This document shows, piece after piece, positions 10,775 through 20,842 of a DNA stretch of 64,000 nt. Made by a program: the position numbers and the translations under genes. The DNA is from an uncultured Candidatus Rokubacteria bacterium. GTDB lineage: Bacteria; Methylomirabilota; Methylomirabilia; Rokubacteriales; CSP1-6. The stretch is from contig CAVWFS010000008.1 of assembly GCA_963754315.1 (NCBI GenBank), forward strand, positions 64,001-128,000, read 5' to 3'. The notes beneath the pieces were generated by a model. That model worked only from the letters and a program-made list of their open reading frames with translations, searched no databases and had not been told where the DNA came from. Each line of letters opens with the position of its first letter. The first letter of the stretch is position 1.

Positions 10775-11806
10775 ATGCGCAAGGCCGCCGCTGCCCTCGG
10801 GGTCGCCGCCGCTCTGACCTCTACCGTCGCCCTGGCCGACACCTTGTCCGTCGCCGAAGTCGGCAGCTTCCACGTCGGCGGCCGGCCCGTTTCGCTCTCC
10901 GGCCTGCCGACGCGGGACGTGGTGTTCACCGCCGGCTCGGCCCCCATCAAGGTCGATCCCAATGGTGACTTCGAGGTCGAGCAAATGTACGTACAGTACG
11001 TGAAGCTCGCCCAGCCCAAGGCGAAGTATCCCTTGCTGCTCTGGCACGGGGGCGGCCTCACCGGGGTTACCTGGGAGACCAAGCCCGACGGCAAGCCAGG
11101 CTGGCAGATGTTCTTCCTGCGCGCGGGGCACGACGTCTACGTGTCTGACGCCGTCGAGCGCGGCCGGGCCTCCTGGGCGCGTTACCCCGAGATCTTCACG
11201 AGCGAACCCCTCTTCCGGACTAAGAAGCAGGCCTGGGAGGATTTCCGTATCGGTCCCGCGGGCAGCTACAAGCTCAACCCCGCCGAGCGAGTCGCTCTGC
11301 CCGGCCAGCTCTTCCCCGTTCAGGCGTTCGATCAGTTCTTCAAGCAAGGGGTACCCCGCTGGTCGACGACCGACACCCAGATCCAGGCCGCCTACAACGA
11401 GCTCGTGCAGAAGGTCTGCCCCTGCGTGATCGTCGTGCACAGCCAGGGCGGCAATTTTGGCTTCAACGCGGCTCTGAACGCACCGGACAAGGTGAAAGCG
11501 CTCATCGCCGTCGAGCCATCGGGCGCACCAAAGCCGGAGGCGGCGGGAGGCGGCAAGCTCAAGGACGTGCCTCATCTCGTCGTCTGGGGTGACCACATCG
11601 GGCAGAGCCCGCTCTGGCAGCGCTTCGTCCCGGCGTCGGAGCGCTACAGCGCGGCGCTGCGTGCGGAGGGCGGAGTTGCCGACTGGTGGGACCTGCCCAA
11701 GATGGGCGTGGCCGGGAACACTCACATGCTGATGATGGACACGAACTCAGACCGGATAGCCCAGATGCTCCAGCAATGGATGACCGCTCGGGGGTTGATG
11801 AAATGA
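10775..11806 (+). CDS. Secreted esterase / alpha-beta hydrolase
   Basis: Signal peptide; HGGGLTGVTWETKPDG, HSQGG nucleophile, GNTHMLM. Confidence 0.85.
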   Translation: MRKAAAALGVAAALTSTVALADTLSVAEVGSFHVGGRPVSLSGLPTRDVVFTAGSAPIKVDPNGDFEVEQMYVQYVKLAQPKAKYPLLLWHGGGLTGVTWETKPDGKPGWQMFFLRAGHDVYVSDAVERGRASWARYPEIFTSEPLFRTKKQAWEDFRIGPAGSYKLNPAERVALPGQLFPVQAFDQFFKQGVPRWSTTDTQIQAAYNELVQKVCPCVIVVHSQGGNFGFNAALNAPDKVKALIAVEPSGAPKPEAAGGGKLKDVPHLVVWGDHIGQSPLWQRFVPASERYSAALRAEGGVADWWDLPKMGVAGNTHMLMMDTNSDRIAQMLQQWMTARGLMK

Positions 11807-11835
11807 CACCGAGTGGCCGAGAGGAGAGATGGAGT

Positions 11836-13128
11836 ATGACGCCGACACCGCACACGCGTCGCGATGTCTTGAAGGGGACGATGGCCGTCGCCGCTGCCGC
11901 ATCGGTCGGCGCCACGACCGCGCGTCGTGCCGCCGCGCAGGGAAGCGCCGCCCCGGCCCGCGCGCAGATTGACGGCGTGCTGCGGCAGGCGGTTGACGCC
12001 AAAGAGGTGCCTGGCGTGGTGGCGATGGCCGCCACCGACAAGGGCCTGCTCTACGAGGGCGCCTTCGGCGTTCGTGCTCTCGACCAGAGCACCCCCATGA
12101 CTCTCGACACCGTCTTTCGCATCGCCTCCATGACGAAGGCCATCACCTCGGTAGCCGCTATGCAACTAGTCGAGCAGGGCAAGCTCAAGCTGGAGGGGCC
12201 GGTGCCTGATATCGATCCGGCCCTGGGCTCGCCCCAGGTCCTGGAGGGTTTCGACGGCGCCGGGGCACCCCGGCTTCGGCCGGCCAAGCGGCCCATCACG
12301 CTTCGTCAGCTGCTGACCCACACGGCCGGATTCAGCTACGACATCTGGGATGCAAACACCCAGCAATACGTCAAGACGCTGGGGCTGCCCGCGCGGGCCA
12401 CGGGCAAGCTCGCGTCGGTTCGCACGCCGCTCATCTTCGACCCGGGCGACCGATGGGAGTACGGCGTCAACACCGACTGGGCAGGGCGCGTGGTGGAGGC
12501 GGCGAGCGGACAAACGCTCGACACCTATTTCCGCGACAAGATTTTCGCCCCTCTCGGCATGAAGGACAGTGGCTACGTTGTCTCGGCCGAGCAGCGCGCG
12601 CGCCAGGGCCGCGTGCATCAGCGCCAGGCCGACGGTACTCTCGTTGTCCAGCCATGGGAAACGCCGCCGGCCAACCCTGAGTTCTGGTCGGGGGGTGGCC
12701 CCCTGTACTCCACGGCGTCCGACTACCTGGCTTTCCTGCAGATGCTCCTGCATGGAGGAGCTCGCAACGGCACGCGCCTGCTTCGCTCGGAGACGGTGGC
12801 GGATATGGCCAAGAACCATACCGGCACCATCGCCGCTGGTGTCATGAAGGCGCAGATCGCAACCCTCTCCAACAATGTCAACCTGTTCCCGGGCGCGGAG
12901 ATTCGCTGGGGGCTTGGCTACATGCTCAACATGCAACCGGGACCCAATGGTCGCAGCGCGGGCACGGTGAGCTGGGGAGGGATTTTCAATACCTATTACT
13001 GGCTCGATCCGTCGCGGCGCGTGACCGGGCTGATCATGACCCAGATCCTGCCCTTCGCCGATCCGCGCGTGCTTGCCCTCTATGGGCGGTACGAGCGGAG
13101 CATCTACGAGGCCCTCAAGGCGACGTGA
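11836..13128 (+). CDS. Tat-exported serine hydrolase (beta-lactamase class C family)
   Basis: Tat motif TRRDVLKG; SMTK (SxxK), LLTHTAG, WEYG, WGG. Confidence 0.88.
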   Translation: MTPTPHTRRDVLKGTMAVAAAASVGATTARRAAAQGSAAPARAQIDGVLRQAVDAKEVPGVVAMAATDKGLLYEGAFGVRALDQSTPMTLDTVFRIASMTKAITSVAAMQLVEQGKLKLEGPVPDIDPALGSPQVLEGFDGAGAPRLRPAKRPITLRQLLTHTAGFSYDIWDANTQQYVKTLGLPARATGKLASVRTPLIFDPGDRWEYGVNTDWAGRVVEAASGQTLDTYFRDKIFAPLGMKDSGYVVSAEQRARQGRVHQRQADGTLVVQPWETPPANPEFWSGGGPLYSTASDYLAFLQMLLHGGARNGTRLLRSETVADMAKNHTGTIAAGVMKAQIATLSNNVNLFPGAEIRWGLGYMLNMQPGPNGRSAGTVSWGGIFNTYYWLDPSRRVTGLIMTQILPFADPRVLALYGRYERSIYEALKAT

Positions 13129-13199
13129 TGACAAGATCCTGGGGAAGGCGCATTCTACGGCCCCGAGCATCTGTTACCGGGCTCTGAGGAGGGAGAGCG

Positions 13200-13865
13200 A
13201 TGGCCAGGAAGAAGGGCACAGCGCTGTTGATGGTGTGGGCGGACGTTCCCGCCGACAAGGAGAAGGAGTTCAATCGCTGGTACAACGAGGAGCATCTCGC
13301 CGAGCGGATTGCCGTGCCAGGCTTCCTGTCCGCCGCCCGCTACGAGGCCGTCAAGGGCGGACCGAAGCATCTGGCTTACTACGAACTGGAGAACACCGCG
13401 GTGCTGGACAGCGAGGCGTACAGGCGGGTGACGGAGAACCCCACGCCATGGACCCAGCGTTGTTCGCCCAACGTCATTGGCACCACGTTCATCCGCAACG
13501 TCTACACCATGATCCATCCGAAGACGGTAACCCCAGCCATCGCAGAGAGCGGCATGGCGCCAGCCCTCCAGATCGGCCGCATGGACGTGCCCGCCGCCAT
13601 CGATGCGGAGTTCAACACCTGGTACAACACCATCTACGTTCCAAACTACGAGAAGGTGCCCGGTGTCATTCGGGGCCGCCGCTACCGGGCGGTGACGGGG
13701 ACGCCGACCTATCTCACCCTGTACGAGTTCGATAACCCGACGGTGTCCGAAAGCGCCGCGTGGGCAGCTCAGCGCGACGCGGTGCCGGCATCCGCCCAGA
13801 TGCGGACGCGCATGAGTCATGCCCCTGGCTCCCCTGGCGTCTACGTCAAGACGTTCCAGCTGTGA
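13200..13865 (+). CDS. Tandem dimeric alpha+beta barrel protein (DUF4286/EthD-like)
   Basis: Two repeats: EFNRWYNEEHL..VPGF..AARY and EFNTWYNTIY..VPGV..GRRY. Confidence 0.7.
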   Translation: MARKKGTALLMVWADVPADKEKEFNRWYNEEHLAERIAVPGFLSAARYEAVKGGPKHLAYYELENTAVLDSEAYRRVTENPTPWTQRCSPNVIGTTFIRNVYTMIHPKTVTPAIAESGMAPALQIGRMDVPAAIDAEFNTWYNTIYVPNYEKVPGVIRGRRYRAVTGTPTYLTLYEFDNPTVSESAAWAAQRDAVPASAQMRTRMSHAPGSPGVYVKTFQL

Positions 13866-13878
13866 ATGGTGAACTGAC

Positions 13879-14661
13879 CTACGTCTCGGCCACCACGTAG
13901 TTGCGCAGGGTGCCGATGTCGCTGATCTCGACCTCGATCACGTCGCCGGGGACCATGTCGCCGTCGGCGCCCTCCGTGCCCATCCACAGCACGTCGCCCG
14001 GATGGAGGGTGGCCGTCTTGCTCATTTCGTGAATCCAGGTCGCGGTGTCCCAGATCTGGTCGGCCGACGAGAAGTCTTCCCAGACGCTCCCGTTGTGGCG
14101 GACGACGATCCGGAACTTGGTAGGATCCAGTCCAGTCACGATCAAGGGGCCGAACGGTTTGAACGTGTCGCAGTTCTTGGCGCGGAAGAGGGTTCGATCC
14201 GTGCGCTGCCACTCGCGCTGACTGATGTCGTTCCCGATGCTGTAGCCAAACACGTAGTCGAGGGCATGTTCTCGGGATACATTGCGCGCCGTCTTGCCGA
14301 TGATCACGGCCAGTTGTCCCTCGGGCTGGACGGCGCCCGAGCAGTCCTTCGGCACCACGATGTTGTCCTCGGGGCCGATGATGGCCCGCACCGAGCGCAG
14401 CTTCGGCTCGGGCCGGGCCGGATATGTGGGGGGCTCGCCGCGTCGTTTTGCCATGCCCTCCAGATGGCCCCGGTAGTTGGGCCCCGAGGCGTAGAGGATC
14501 GACGGGAGGATTGGCGGCAGAAGCTTCACGTGAGTGAGCGGGTGGCTGGTCCTGGTCACCGTGTGCTCGGCAAGGGGATTCCCGGCGACCTCGATCACGC
14601 TCTCGTCTTCGACGATGCCGTGAGTGACGTGCGATCCGACCTGGAAGCGACACCATTTCAT
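13879..14661 (-). CDS. Fumarylacetoacetate hydrolase family protein
   Basis: GPNYRGH, EGQLAVIIG, GYSIGNDISQR, AKNCDTFKPFGP, TLHPGDVLWMGT. Confidence 0.88.
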   Translation of the reverse strand: MKWCRFQVGSHVTHGIVEDESVIEVAGNPLAEHTVTRTSHPLTHVKLLPPILPSILYASGPNYRGHLEGMAKRRGEPPTYPARPEPKLRSVRAIIGPEDNIVVPKDCSGAVQPEGQLAVIIGKTARNVSREHALDYVFGYSIGNDISQREWQRTDRTLFRAKNCDTFKPFGPLIVTGLDPTKFRIVVRHNGSVWEDFSSADQIWDTATWIHEMSKTATLHPGDVLWMGTEGADGDMVPGDVIEVEISDIGTLRNYVVAET

Positions 14662-14741
14662 GAGCCGTGCCCTCCCTGCCCCGACTATGCCATGCGCCGG
14701 CCCGAACGGACCACTGGCCGCTGATGCTAGACTCCGGACCG

Positions 14742-15938
14742 ATGGCGACCGCACGTCTTCCGCTTGAGGGAATACGCGTCCTCGAGCTGGCCCAGGTGGT
14801 AGCCGGTCCCTTCTGCGGGGTGCTCATGGCCGAGTTCGGCGCCGAGGTGATCAAGACCGAGATGCCTGGCCGCGGCGACGACTTGCGGCGTCTCGGTCCC
14901 TCCGAGGACGGGTGCAATTACTGGTTTGCCGCCGACAATCGGAACAAGCAGCTCATCACGCTCGACCTTCACGCTCCCAAGGGCCAGGAAATCGCCCGTC
15001 GCCTCGTGGCCACGTGCGACGTCGTCCTCGAGAACTTCCGCCCGGGGGTCCTCGAGCGGTGGGGGCTCGGCTGGGAGGTGCTCCACGCGATCAACCCGCG
15101 GTTGGTGATGGCGCGGGTCACCGCCTTCGGCCAGACGGGGCCACTCAATCAAGGGCCCGGGTATGCTGCCATCGGCTCGGCCTTTGGCGGGACGTGGTAC
15201 GTGAACGGGCATGCGGACCGGCCGCCCGCACGGCCGACGCCGGTGTATCCCGACTACATGACCGGACTGTTTACGGCATTCGGGGTCCTGGCCGCTCTGC
15301 GCCATCGCGACGCGACTGGCGAGGGGCAGTGGATCGACGCGGCCCTCTACGAGTCGGCCTTCCGCATCATGGAATACACACCGACCCTCTATGGTCGGCA
15401 GGGTGTCGTGCGCGAGCGCGGGAACCTCCAGCACGCAGGCTGGCCAGGCGGTGCCTATCAGACGCTCGACGGGCGATGGGTCGTCTTCACCGCTCCTGCC
15501 CAACACCTGTTTGAGCGGCTCTGCACGATGCTCGGCCAGCCTGAGCTGCCCCGCGACCCACGTTTCGCCAGCCCGACAGAGCGTCCGAAGCACATCGACG
15601 TCATCCTCGGGCTGGTAACGGAGTGGTTCGCCGCCCGCCCCTTCGAGAAGGCCGTCCAGGAGCTTCAGACCCACGACATTCCGCATGCGCCCATCATGAG
15701 CATGGCCGACATCTTCGCCGACCCGCACTACCGCGCCCGCGAGATGATCATCGACGTGCCATCCGAAGAGCACGGGACGCTCCCGCAGCCCGGTGTGGTA
15801 CCCAAGCTCTCCCTCACGCCTGGCCGTGTCACCCACGCCGGACCCCGTCTGGGCCGCCACACCGACGAGATCCTTTCGGCGCTGCTCGGGTTGAGCGCCG
15901 GGGAGATCACGGCTCTCCGCGCCGAGGGCGTGATCTAG
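14742..15938 (+). CDS. CoA-transferase family III (CaiB/BaiF)
   Basis: LEGIRVLEL, AGPF, GAEVIKTE, NRNK, ENFRPG, PRLGRHTDEIL. Confidence 0.92.
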   Translation: MATARLPLEGIRVLELAQVVAGPFCGVLMAEFGAEVIKTEMPGRGDDLRRLGPSEDGCNYWFAADNRNKQLITLDLHAPKGQEIARRLVATCDVVLENFRPGVLERWGLGWEVLHAINPRLVMARVTAFGQTGPLNQGPGYAAIGSAFGGTWYVNGHADRPPARPTPVYPDYMTGLFTAFGVLAALRHRDATGEGQWIDAALYESAFRIMEYTPTLYGRQGVVRERGNLQHAGWPGGAYQTLDGRWVVFTAPAQHLFERLCTMLGQPELPRDPRFASPTERPKHIDVILGLVTEWFAARPFEKAVQELQTHDIPHAPIMSMADIFADPHYRAREMIIDVPSEEHGTLPQPGVVPKLSLTPGRVTHAGPRLGRHTDEILSALLGLSAGEITALRAEGVI

Positions 15939-15979
15939 CCCGGGGCCGGCACGAAGCAAACCAACAAACTGGAGGGACC

Positions 15980-16543
15980 ATGAGTAGCACACCAACGTTC
16001 GGACGCTACGCCGAGATTCCCGTCGATCAGATGACCGAGAAGCAGCGCGATGCCTACCGGTTCATGATCGACGGCCCACGCGGCCGCCTTCCCGGACCCT
16101 ACAAGGTCTGGGTGCACAATCCGAAGCTGCTGCAGGCGGCCGCCCCTCTCGGACAGCACTTCACGCCGGGCCAGTCGTCGCTGACCGAGCGCGAGCGAGA
16201 AATCGCCGTGGTGGTCATCACCAGCAGCTGGTCTTCCGCGTATCCTACGGCGGCCCACGAAAAGCGCGGCAAGGAGGTTGGCCTTCCCGCCTCCGCCGTG
16301 GAGGCGATCATCGGCGGGCGGACTGTCTCGTTCGAGGACGCACGGGAGCAGGTCGTCTACGAGGTGGCGGTGGCTCTGGCCGGCCGTCACTTGGTTCCTC
16401 AGGGTCTGTACGAGCGAGCGATCAAGGTGCTCGGTCACGAAGGCGTGACCGACATGATCGTCCTGATGGGCTACTACACGGCCGTCTCGTTGACGATGAA
16501 CTTCTACGCAGTGCCCGCAGGAAGTCCCGGCCTGGCCCGCTGA
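15980..16543 (+). CDS. Carboxymuconolactone decarboxylase / AhpD-like family protein
   Basis: GPRGRLPGPY..W.HNP, LTEREREIAV, GYY motifs; RBS GGAGG. Confidence 0.8.
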   Translation: MSSTPTFGRYAEIPVDQMTEKQRDAYRFMIDGPRGRLPGPYKVWVHNPKLLQAAAPLGQHFTPGQSSLTEREREIAVVVITSSWSSAYPTAAHEKRGKEVGLPASAVEAIIGGRTVSFEDAREQVVYEVAVALAGRHLVPQGLYERAIKVLGHEGVTDMIVLMGYYTAVSLTMNFYAVPAGSPGLAR

Positions 16544-16558
16544 CGACGAGGCTTGGCC

Positions 16559-17372
16559 ATGGCTCGACTACAGATCGTGCCACTTCATCCGTCGCTCGGC
16601 GCGAAGATTTCCGGTGTCGACCTCAGCCAGCCCATCGACGTGCCGACCCGGGAAGCACTCAGCGGCGCGCTGGCCGAACATTTGGTGCTGGTATTTCACG
16701 ACCAGGCCCTCACGCCGACTCAGTATCTTGCCGTGGCGTCGCTATTCGGGCCCCCGATGGAGCAGCACTACTCGCAGCACAACATGCCGGACTTCCCCCT
16801 GATCGGGCTAATCTGGCACCGGAATGGCCAGCGTCCCGCTGAACAGTGGCATACCGATCATACAAATCGCGAGCGGCCGCCGGCGGCGACCATCCTGTAT
16901 GGGGTGGAGATTCCGTCGGCCGGTGGGGGGACCAGCGTGGCGAACATGCGGGCGGCCTACGACACTCTCCCCAGAGACGAACGCGGGCGTCTGGCATCAC
17001 TGAAGACGCTCAACAGCCTGGAGAGCGATCGCTCCGACACGCGTTCGGAAGACCGAGACAAGTATGGGAGCCCCATCGAGCATCCGATGGTCCGTACCCA
17101 CCCGGTGCACGGGTCACGCGCGGTGTACTTCCACATTTCCAAGGCCCCACATCGGCGGCATGACGCCCGAGGCGAGCCAGGCCTACATGCGCGATCTCCT
17201 CGATCGCATGATCCGACCGGAGATCGTCTATCACCACGTGTGGCGGAAGGGCGACGTGGTGGTCATCGACAATCGAGCCACGATGCACCGCGCGCACGGC
17301 GACTACGATCGAAGTCAGAGCCGCATTCTGTGGCGCATCATCGTGGAGGGCGATCGCCCCTACCTGGTTTGA
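16559..17372 (+). CDS. TauD/TfdA Fe(II)/2OG dioxygenase (frameshift near 17145)
   Basis: WHTD (HxD) and HPMVRTHP in the first frame; HVWRKGDVVVIDNRATMHRA and RILWR in the second frame. The shift lies at a C run. Confidence 0.85.
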
Positions 17373-18224
17373 TCACTTCCCCTTGAGTTTCAGATCTTCG
17401 TAGGGTGAGACGTACGGGTGACCGGTAATCGTGGGCAACTCCCCAACTCGCAATCCCACCCCACTGAGAAGGACGGGTTCCAGGATCGGCGCGAACATGG
17501 CCCGCTCGTGCATGAGTTGCTGGATGCGGTGCAGCAACGACTCGCGCCGCTTCTTGTCCATCTCGGCGGACTGGTCGCGGAATAGCCCGTCGATGTCGGG
17601 ATAGCCGCCGTACGAGCGAATGCCCCCGGAGATGACGAAGGCCTCGATCCGAGTGGCGGCGTTTCCGGCCGCCGCACTACCCACGCGGACTAGGTGCTTG
17701 AACTGCTTCTCCTGATCGGCCTTGTAGAACCCTGCCCGCTCGAGCGGGCGCAGCTTGGCCCGGATGCCGATAGCCTGCAATCCGTTGATGACGGCCTCCG
17801 CTTCGGGCGCATATACGGCGTCAGTGGCTACCTCGACCGCATCGAATCCGCTCGGGTAACCCGCTTCGGCCAGCAGGTGCTTGGCGCGGGCCGGATCGTA
17901 CGGATAGGCGGGAGCAGCCCAGGAGAACTCGAAGTCACGGGGGATGATGCTCGACGCCGGTCTGCCGAACCCGAGGAACTCGGCGTCGTTGATGGCTTTG
18001 CGATCGATGGCCAGGTTGGCGGCCAGCCGAACCCGCCGATCCGCCCACGGCGATTTCGGCTCCCACTGCTCGGTGAACACAAGCCACTCGGTGAACGTGG
18101 GATGGGTGGCCTTGAGGGTGAGGCCTTGCGTCCGCTTGAGCTCTTCTGCGTTCGGCCCACGGATCGAGTACGCCACGTCGGTCTCCGCGCGCTTGAGCAT
18201 GGCCAGCCGTGTCGACTCGTCCGG
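17373..18224 (-). pseudogene. C-terminal fragment of a peptide/nickel ABC substrate-binding protein (family 5)
   Basis: PDESTRLAMLKR, WADRRVRLAANLAIDR, YDPARAKHLLAEAGYPSGF; the N-terminal half is absent. Confidence 0.75.
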
Positions 18225-19366
18225 AAGCGGTGATCGCCAACACCATTCCCCAGACGGCGACGGTCGTGCGTAGCCAGGCGCGCCTCGCTGTCGCCTACGA
18301 TGGCGCACCCCAATTCTGGCCGATCGAGAGCACGCCCCTGCAGTACGTGATCAACACACCGACCCCGGTGATCCGCGTCGATCCCAAGACGTACTATGCG
18401 CTCTCCAACGGGGTGTGGTTCGTGGCGCAGGCTCCCCTCGGACCCTGGGTGGTGGCGACCTTTGTTCCGGCCGTCATCTATACCGTTCCCATCTCGTCGC
18501 CGCTTCACTACGTGACCTACGTTCGGGTCTACGGCTACACGCCGACGGTGGTCTACGTCGGCTATACGCCAGGTTATCTGGGCACCGTGGTCACGCCCGA
18601 CGGGGTGGTGGTGTATGGGACGGGTGTCGTGTACTCCCCGTGGGTGGGCACCGTCTGGTACCCGCCGCCCACGACTTACTACAGCTCCAGTTCCCAGTTC
18701 GCCTGGGGCGCCGCCACCGGCTTCATGATGGGCACCATGACCGGGCTGGCCATCGGCGCCGTGGCCTGGGGAGGAGGGTGCTGCTGCTGCGGTTCGTCCA
18801 CCGTCAACGTCAACAAGACCGTGAACAACTACACGGTCAATGGCTCCAACGTGTACCACAACACCTGGGACAGCAAGACGGTGGTGAGCAGTGGGGACAA
18901 GAGCGCCACCGTCTACCGGACGCCGAACAGCGGGGTGGTTACCAACAACCAGAACAACAACGTCTATGCCTCGCACGACGGAAACGTCTACAAGAAGGAC
19001 GACGGATCCTGGCAGAAATGGAACAGCAGCTCGCAGAGCTGGCAGAACGTGCAGACCACGCGGCCGTCGTCCACCACCGCGACGGCCCCCCAATCGTCAG
19101 CCTCGGCATCGGCACCACGCACACAACCCAACGAGAGCACCCCGCGTGCGGAGGGAGGAGCCGGCCAATTGGACGGTGGCCAGCGATCACCGGGGCAACA
19201 GGCGTGGGGTCAGCGCGGCTCGGGCGAGAGCTTCGGGCGTCAGCCAGGGTGGGGAGGGCAGGCGGGAGGAGGCGGTGCGCTCGACCGAGAGTCAACGGCG
19301 CGCGATCGGGGCTTCGAACGCTTCGGTGGCGAGCGCATGGGAGGCTTCCGGGGGTTCCGCCGCTGA
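18224..19366 (+). pseudogene. C-terminal fragment of a large secreted Tyr/Gly/Pro-rich protein
   Basis: EAVIANTIPQTATV, IYTVPISSPLHYVTYV, GYTPGYLG, NNVYASHDGNVYK and GGFRGFRR tail; no start, RBS or signal peptide. Confidence 0.6.
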
Positions 19367-19376
19367 GCTGATACTG

Positions 19377-20114
19377 TCAGAGGGCGATGCCGAGCCACTG
19401 CCGAACCTGGCCGTGGAGATCTTCGGCGAACTGGGCGCTGGGGCCGGCGGCCGCGATGCGGCCGAGGCTCATCACATAGACCAGCTCGCTCATCGCGATG
19501 ACCTGACGCACGTTGTGGTCCACGAGCAGGACGCTCGTTCCGTCACCCGCCAGGCGCTCCACCCAGGCGTAGATCTCATCGGCGAGCTTTGGAGCGAGCC
19601 CGACGGTCGGTTCATCGATCAAGCAGAGACGCGGCCGCACGATGAGGGCCTTGGCAAACTCCAGCATCTTCTGCTGGCCGCCCGATAAGCTTCCAGCCTG
19701 GTCGGCGAGCTTGGCTCGCAGGGCCGGGAAGTCGGCCAGGACTTCCTCCCGGCGCGCGCGCGCAGCCGTACTACGCAGGCGGTCCACCACGATCCCCAGG
19801 TTGTCGGCCACCGACAGATACGGGAAGAGAGAGGACTCCTGCGGCACGTACCAGAGCCCGCGATCGACCATGGTGTGCGGTGGACATCCTGTGATCTCAA
19901 GGTCGTCGTAGACGATGCGCCCCTGGCGGCAGGTCAGGAAGCCGTACACGGTCCGCATGAGGGTGGACTTGCCGGCTCCGTTTAGCCCGATGAGGCCGAC
20001 CACGGCTCCAGGGGGAACTTCGAGACTCACGTCCTGGAGGATGTCGATCCCGGGAAAGTAGCCGCCGGTCACGCCGTCGAGCGTCAGGAGAGGCGGGCGG
20101 GGCGAGAGTGTCAT
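19377..20114 (-). CDS. livF: Liv-type ABC transporter ATP-binding protein
   Basis: GLNGAGKST, LSGGQQ, LIDEP. Confidence 0.85.
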   Translation of the reverse strand: MTLSPRPPLLTLDGVTGGYFPGIDILQDVSLEVPPGAVVGLIGLNGAGKSTLMRTVYGFLTCRQGRIVYDDLEITGCPPHTMVDRGLWYVPQESSLFPYLSVADNLGIVVDRLRSTAARARREEVLADFPALRAKLADQAGSLSGGQQKMLEFAKALIVRPRLCLIDEPTVGLAPKLADEIYAWVERLAGDGTSVLLVDHNVRQVIAMSELVYVMSLGRIAAAGPSAQFAEDLHGQVRQWLGIAL

Positions 20115-20842
20115 CGCGCGGCGTGGCCGCCCAGATAGGCTTCGACGACGGCGTGATCGGCCATGACTGCCTCGGTCAGGCCGTCGGCGATCACCGCCCC
20201 GGCGTTCATGCACACGGTGCGTGGACAGAGACGCATGATGGCTGGGATGTCGTGGCTCACCACGAGGAAGGCCTGCCCGGCGGCATGGCGCTCCACGATG
20301 ACGTCGACCATGATCTGCTTCACGGTCGGATGGATGGCCGCGAAGGGCTCGTCGAGCACCACGAGCTTGGGCTCCGACATGAAGCAGCCCCCGAACTCGA
20401 CCAGCTTCTGCTGGCCGCCCGACAGCTCGCCGACTTCGTCGTGGACATGAGCCGTCAGCCCGAGGCGATCGAGGAGGTCGGCGGCCCGCAACCGCGAGGT
20501 ACTCGCCGAGAGTCCCGCGGCTCGTCCGGCGACCTCGAGGTTCTCGCTGGCGGTGAGCCGGCGGAAGATCTTCACGTGCTGGAACATGCGGACGATTCCA
20601 GCCCGGAAGACCTGATGGGGTGAACGCCCGCCGATTTCGCGCCCGAGCAGATGGACCGTGCCCCGCTCGGGAGGGTAGTAGCCGGTGATGACGTTGAGCA
20701 GGGTCGTCTTGCCGGAGCCGTTGGGGCCGATCAGCCCCACCAGCTCACCGCTCCCGACGGTCAGGCCCAGCCGATCGACGGCAATGATGCCGCCGAAGCT
20801 CTTTCGAAGCTCACGAATCTCCAGAAGGTCGGGCTGGCTCAC
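20111..20842 (-). CDS. livG: Liv-type ABC transporter ATP-binding protein
   Basis: KSFGGI, GPNGSGKTT, LSGGQQ, LDEP, VEAYLG. Confidence 0.88.
   Translation of the reverse strand: MSQPDLLEIRELRKSFGGIIAVDRLGLTVGSGELVGLIGPNGSGKTTLLNVITGYYPPERGTVHLLGREIGGRSPHQVFRAGIVRMFQHVKIFRRLTASENLEVAGRAAGLSASTSRLRAADLLDRLGLTAHVHDEVGELSGGQQKLVEFGGCFMSEPKLVVLDEPFAAIHPTVKQIMVDVIVERHAAGQAFLVVSHDIPAIMRLCPRTVCMNAGAVIADGLTEAVMADHAVVEAYLGGHAAR

Noticed and set aside
16541..16561. TGA of the CMD-family gene is in frame with the downstream TauD gene (possible Sec readthrough fusion)
   Set aside because: Both domains are complete on their own, the TGA is not in a redox motif and no SECIS-like stem was seen.
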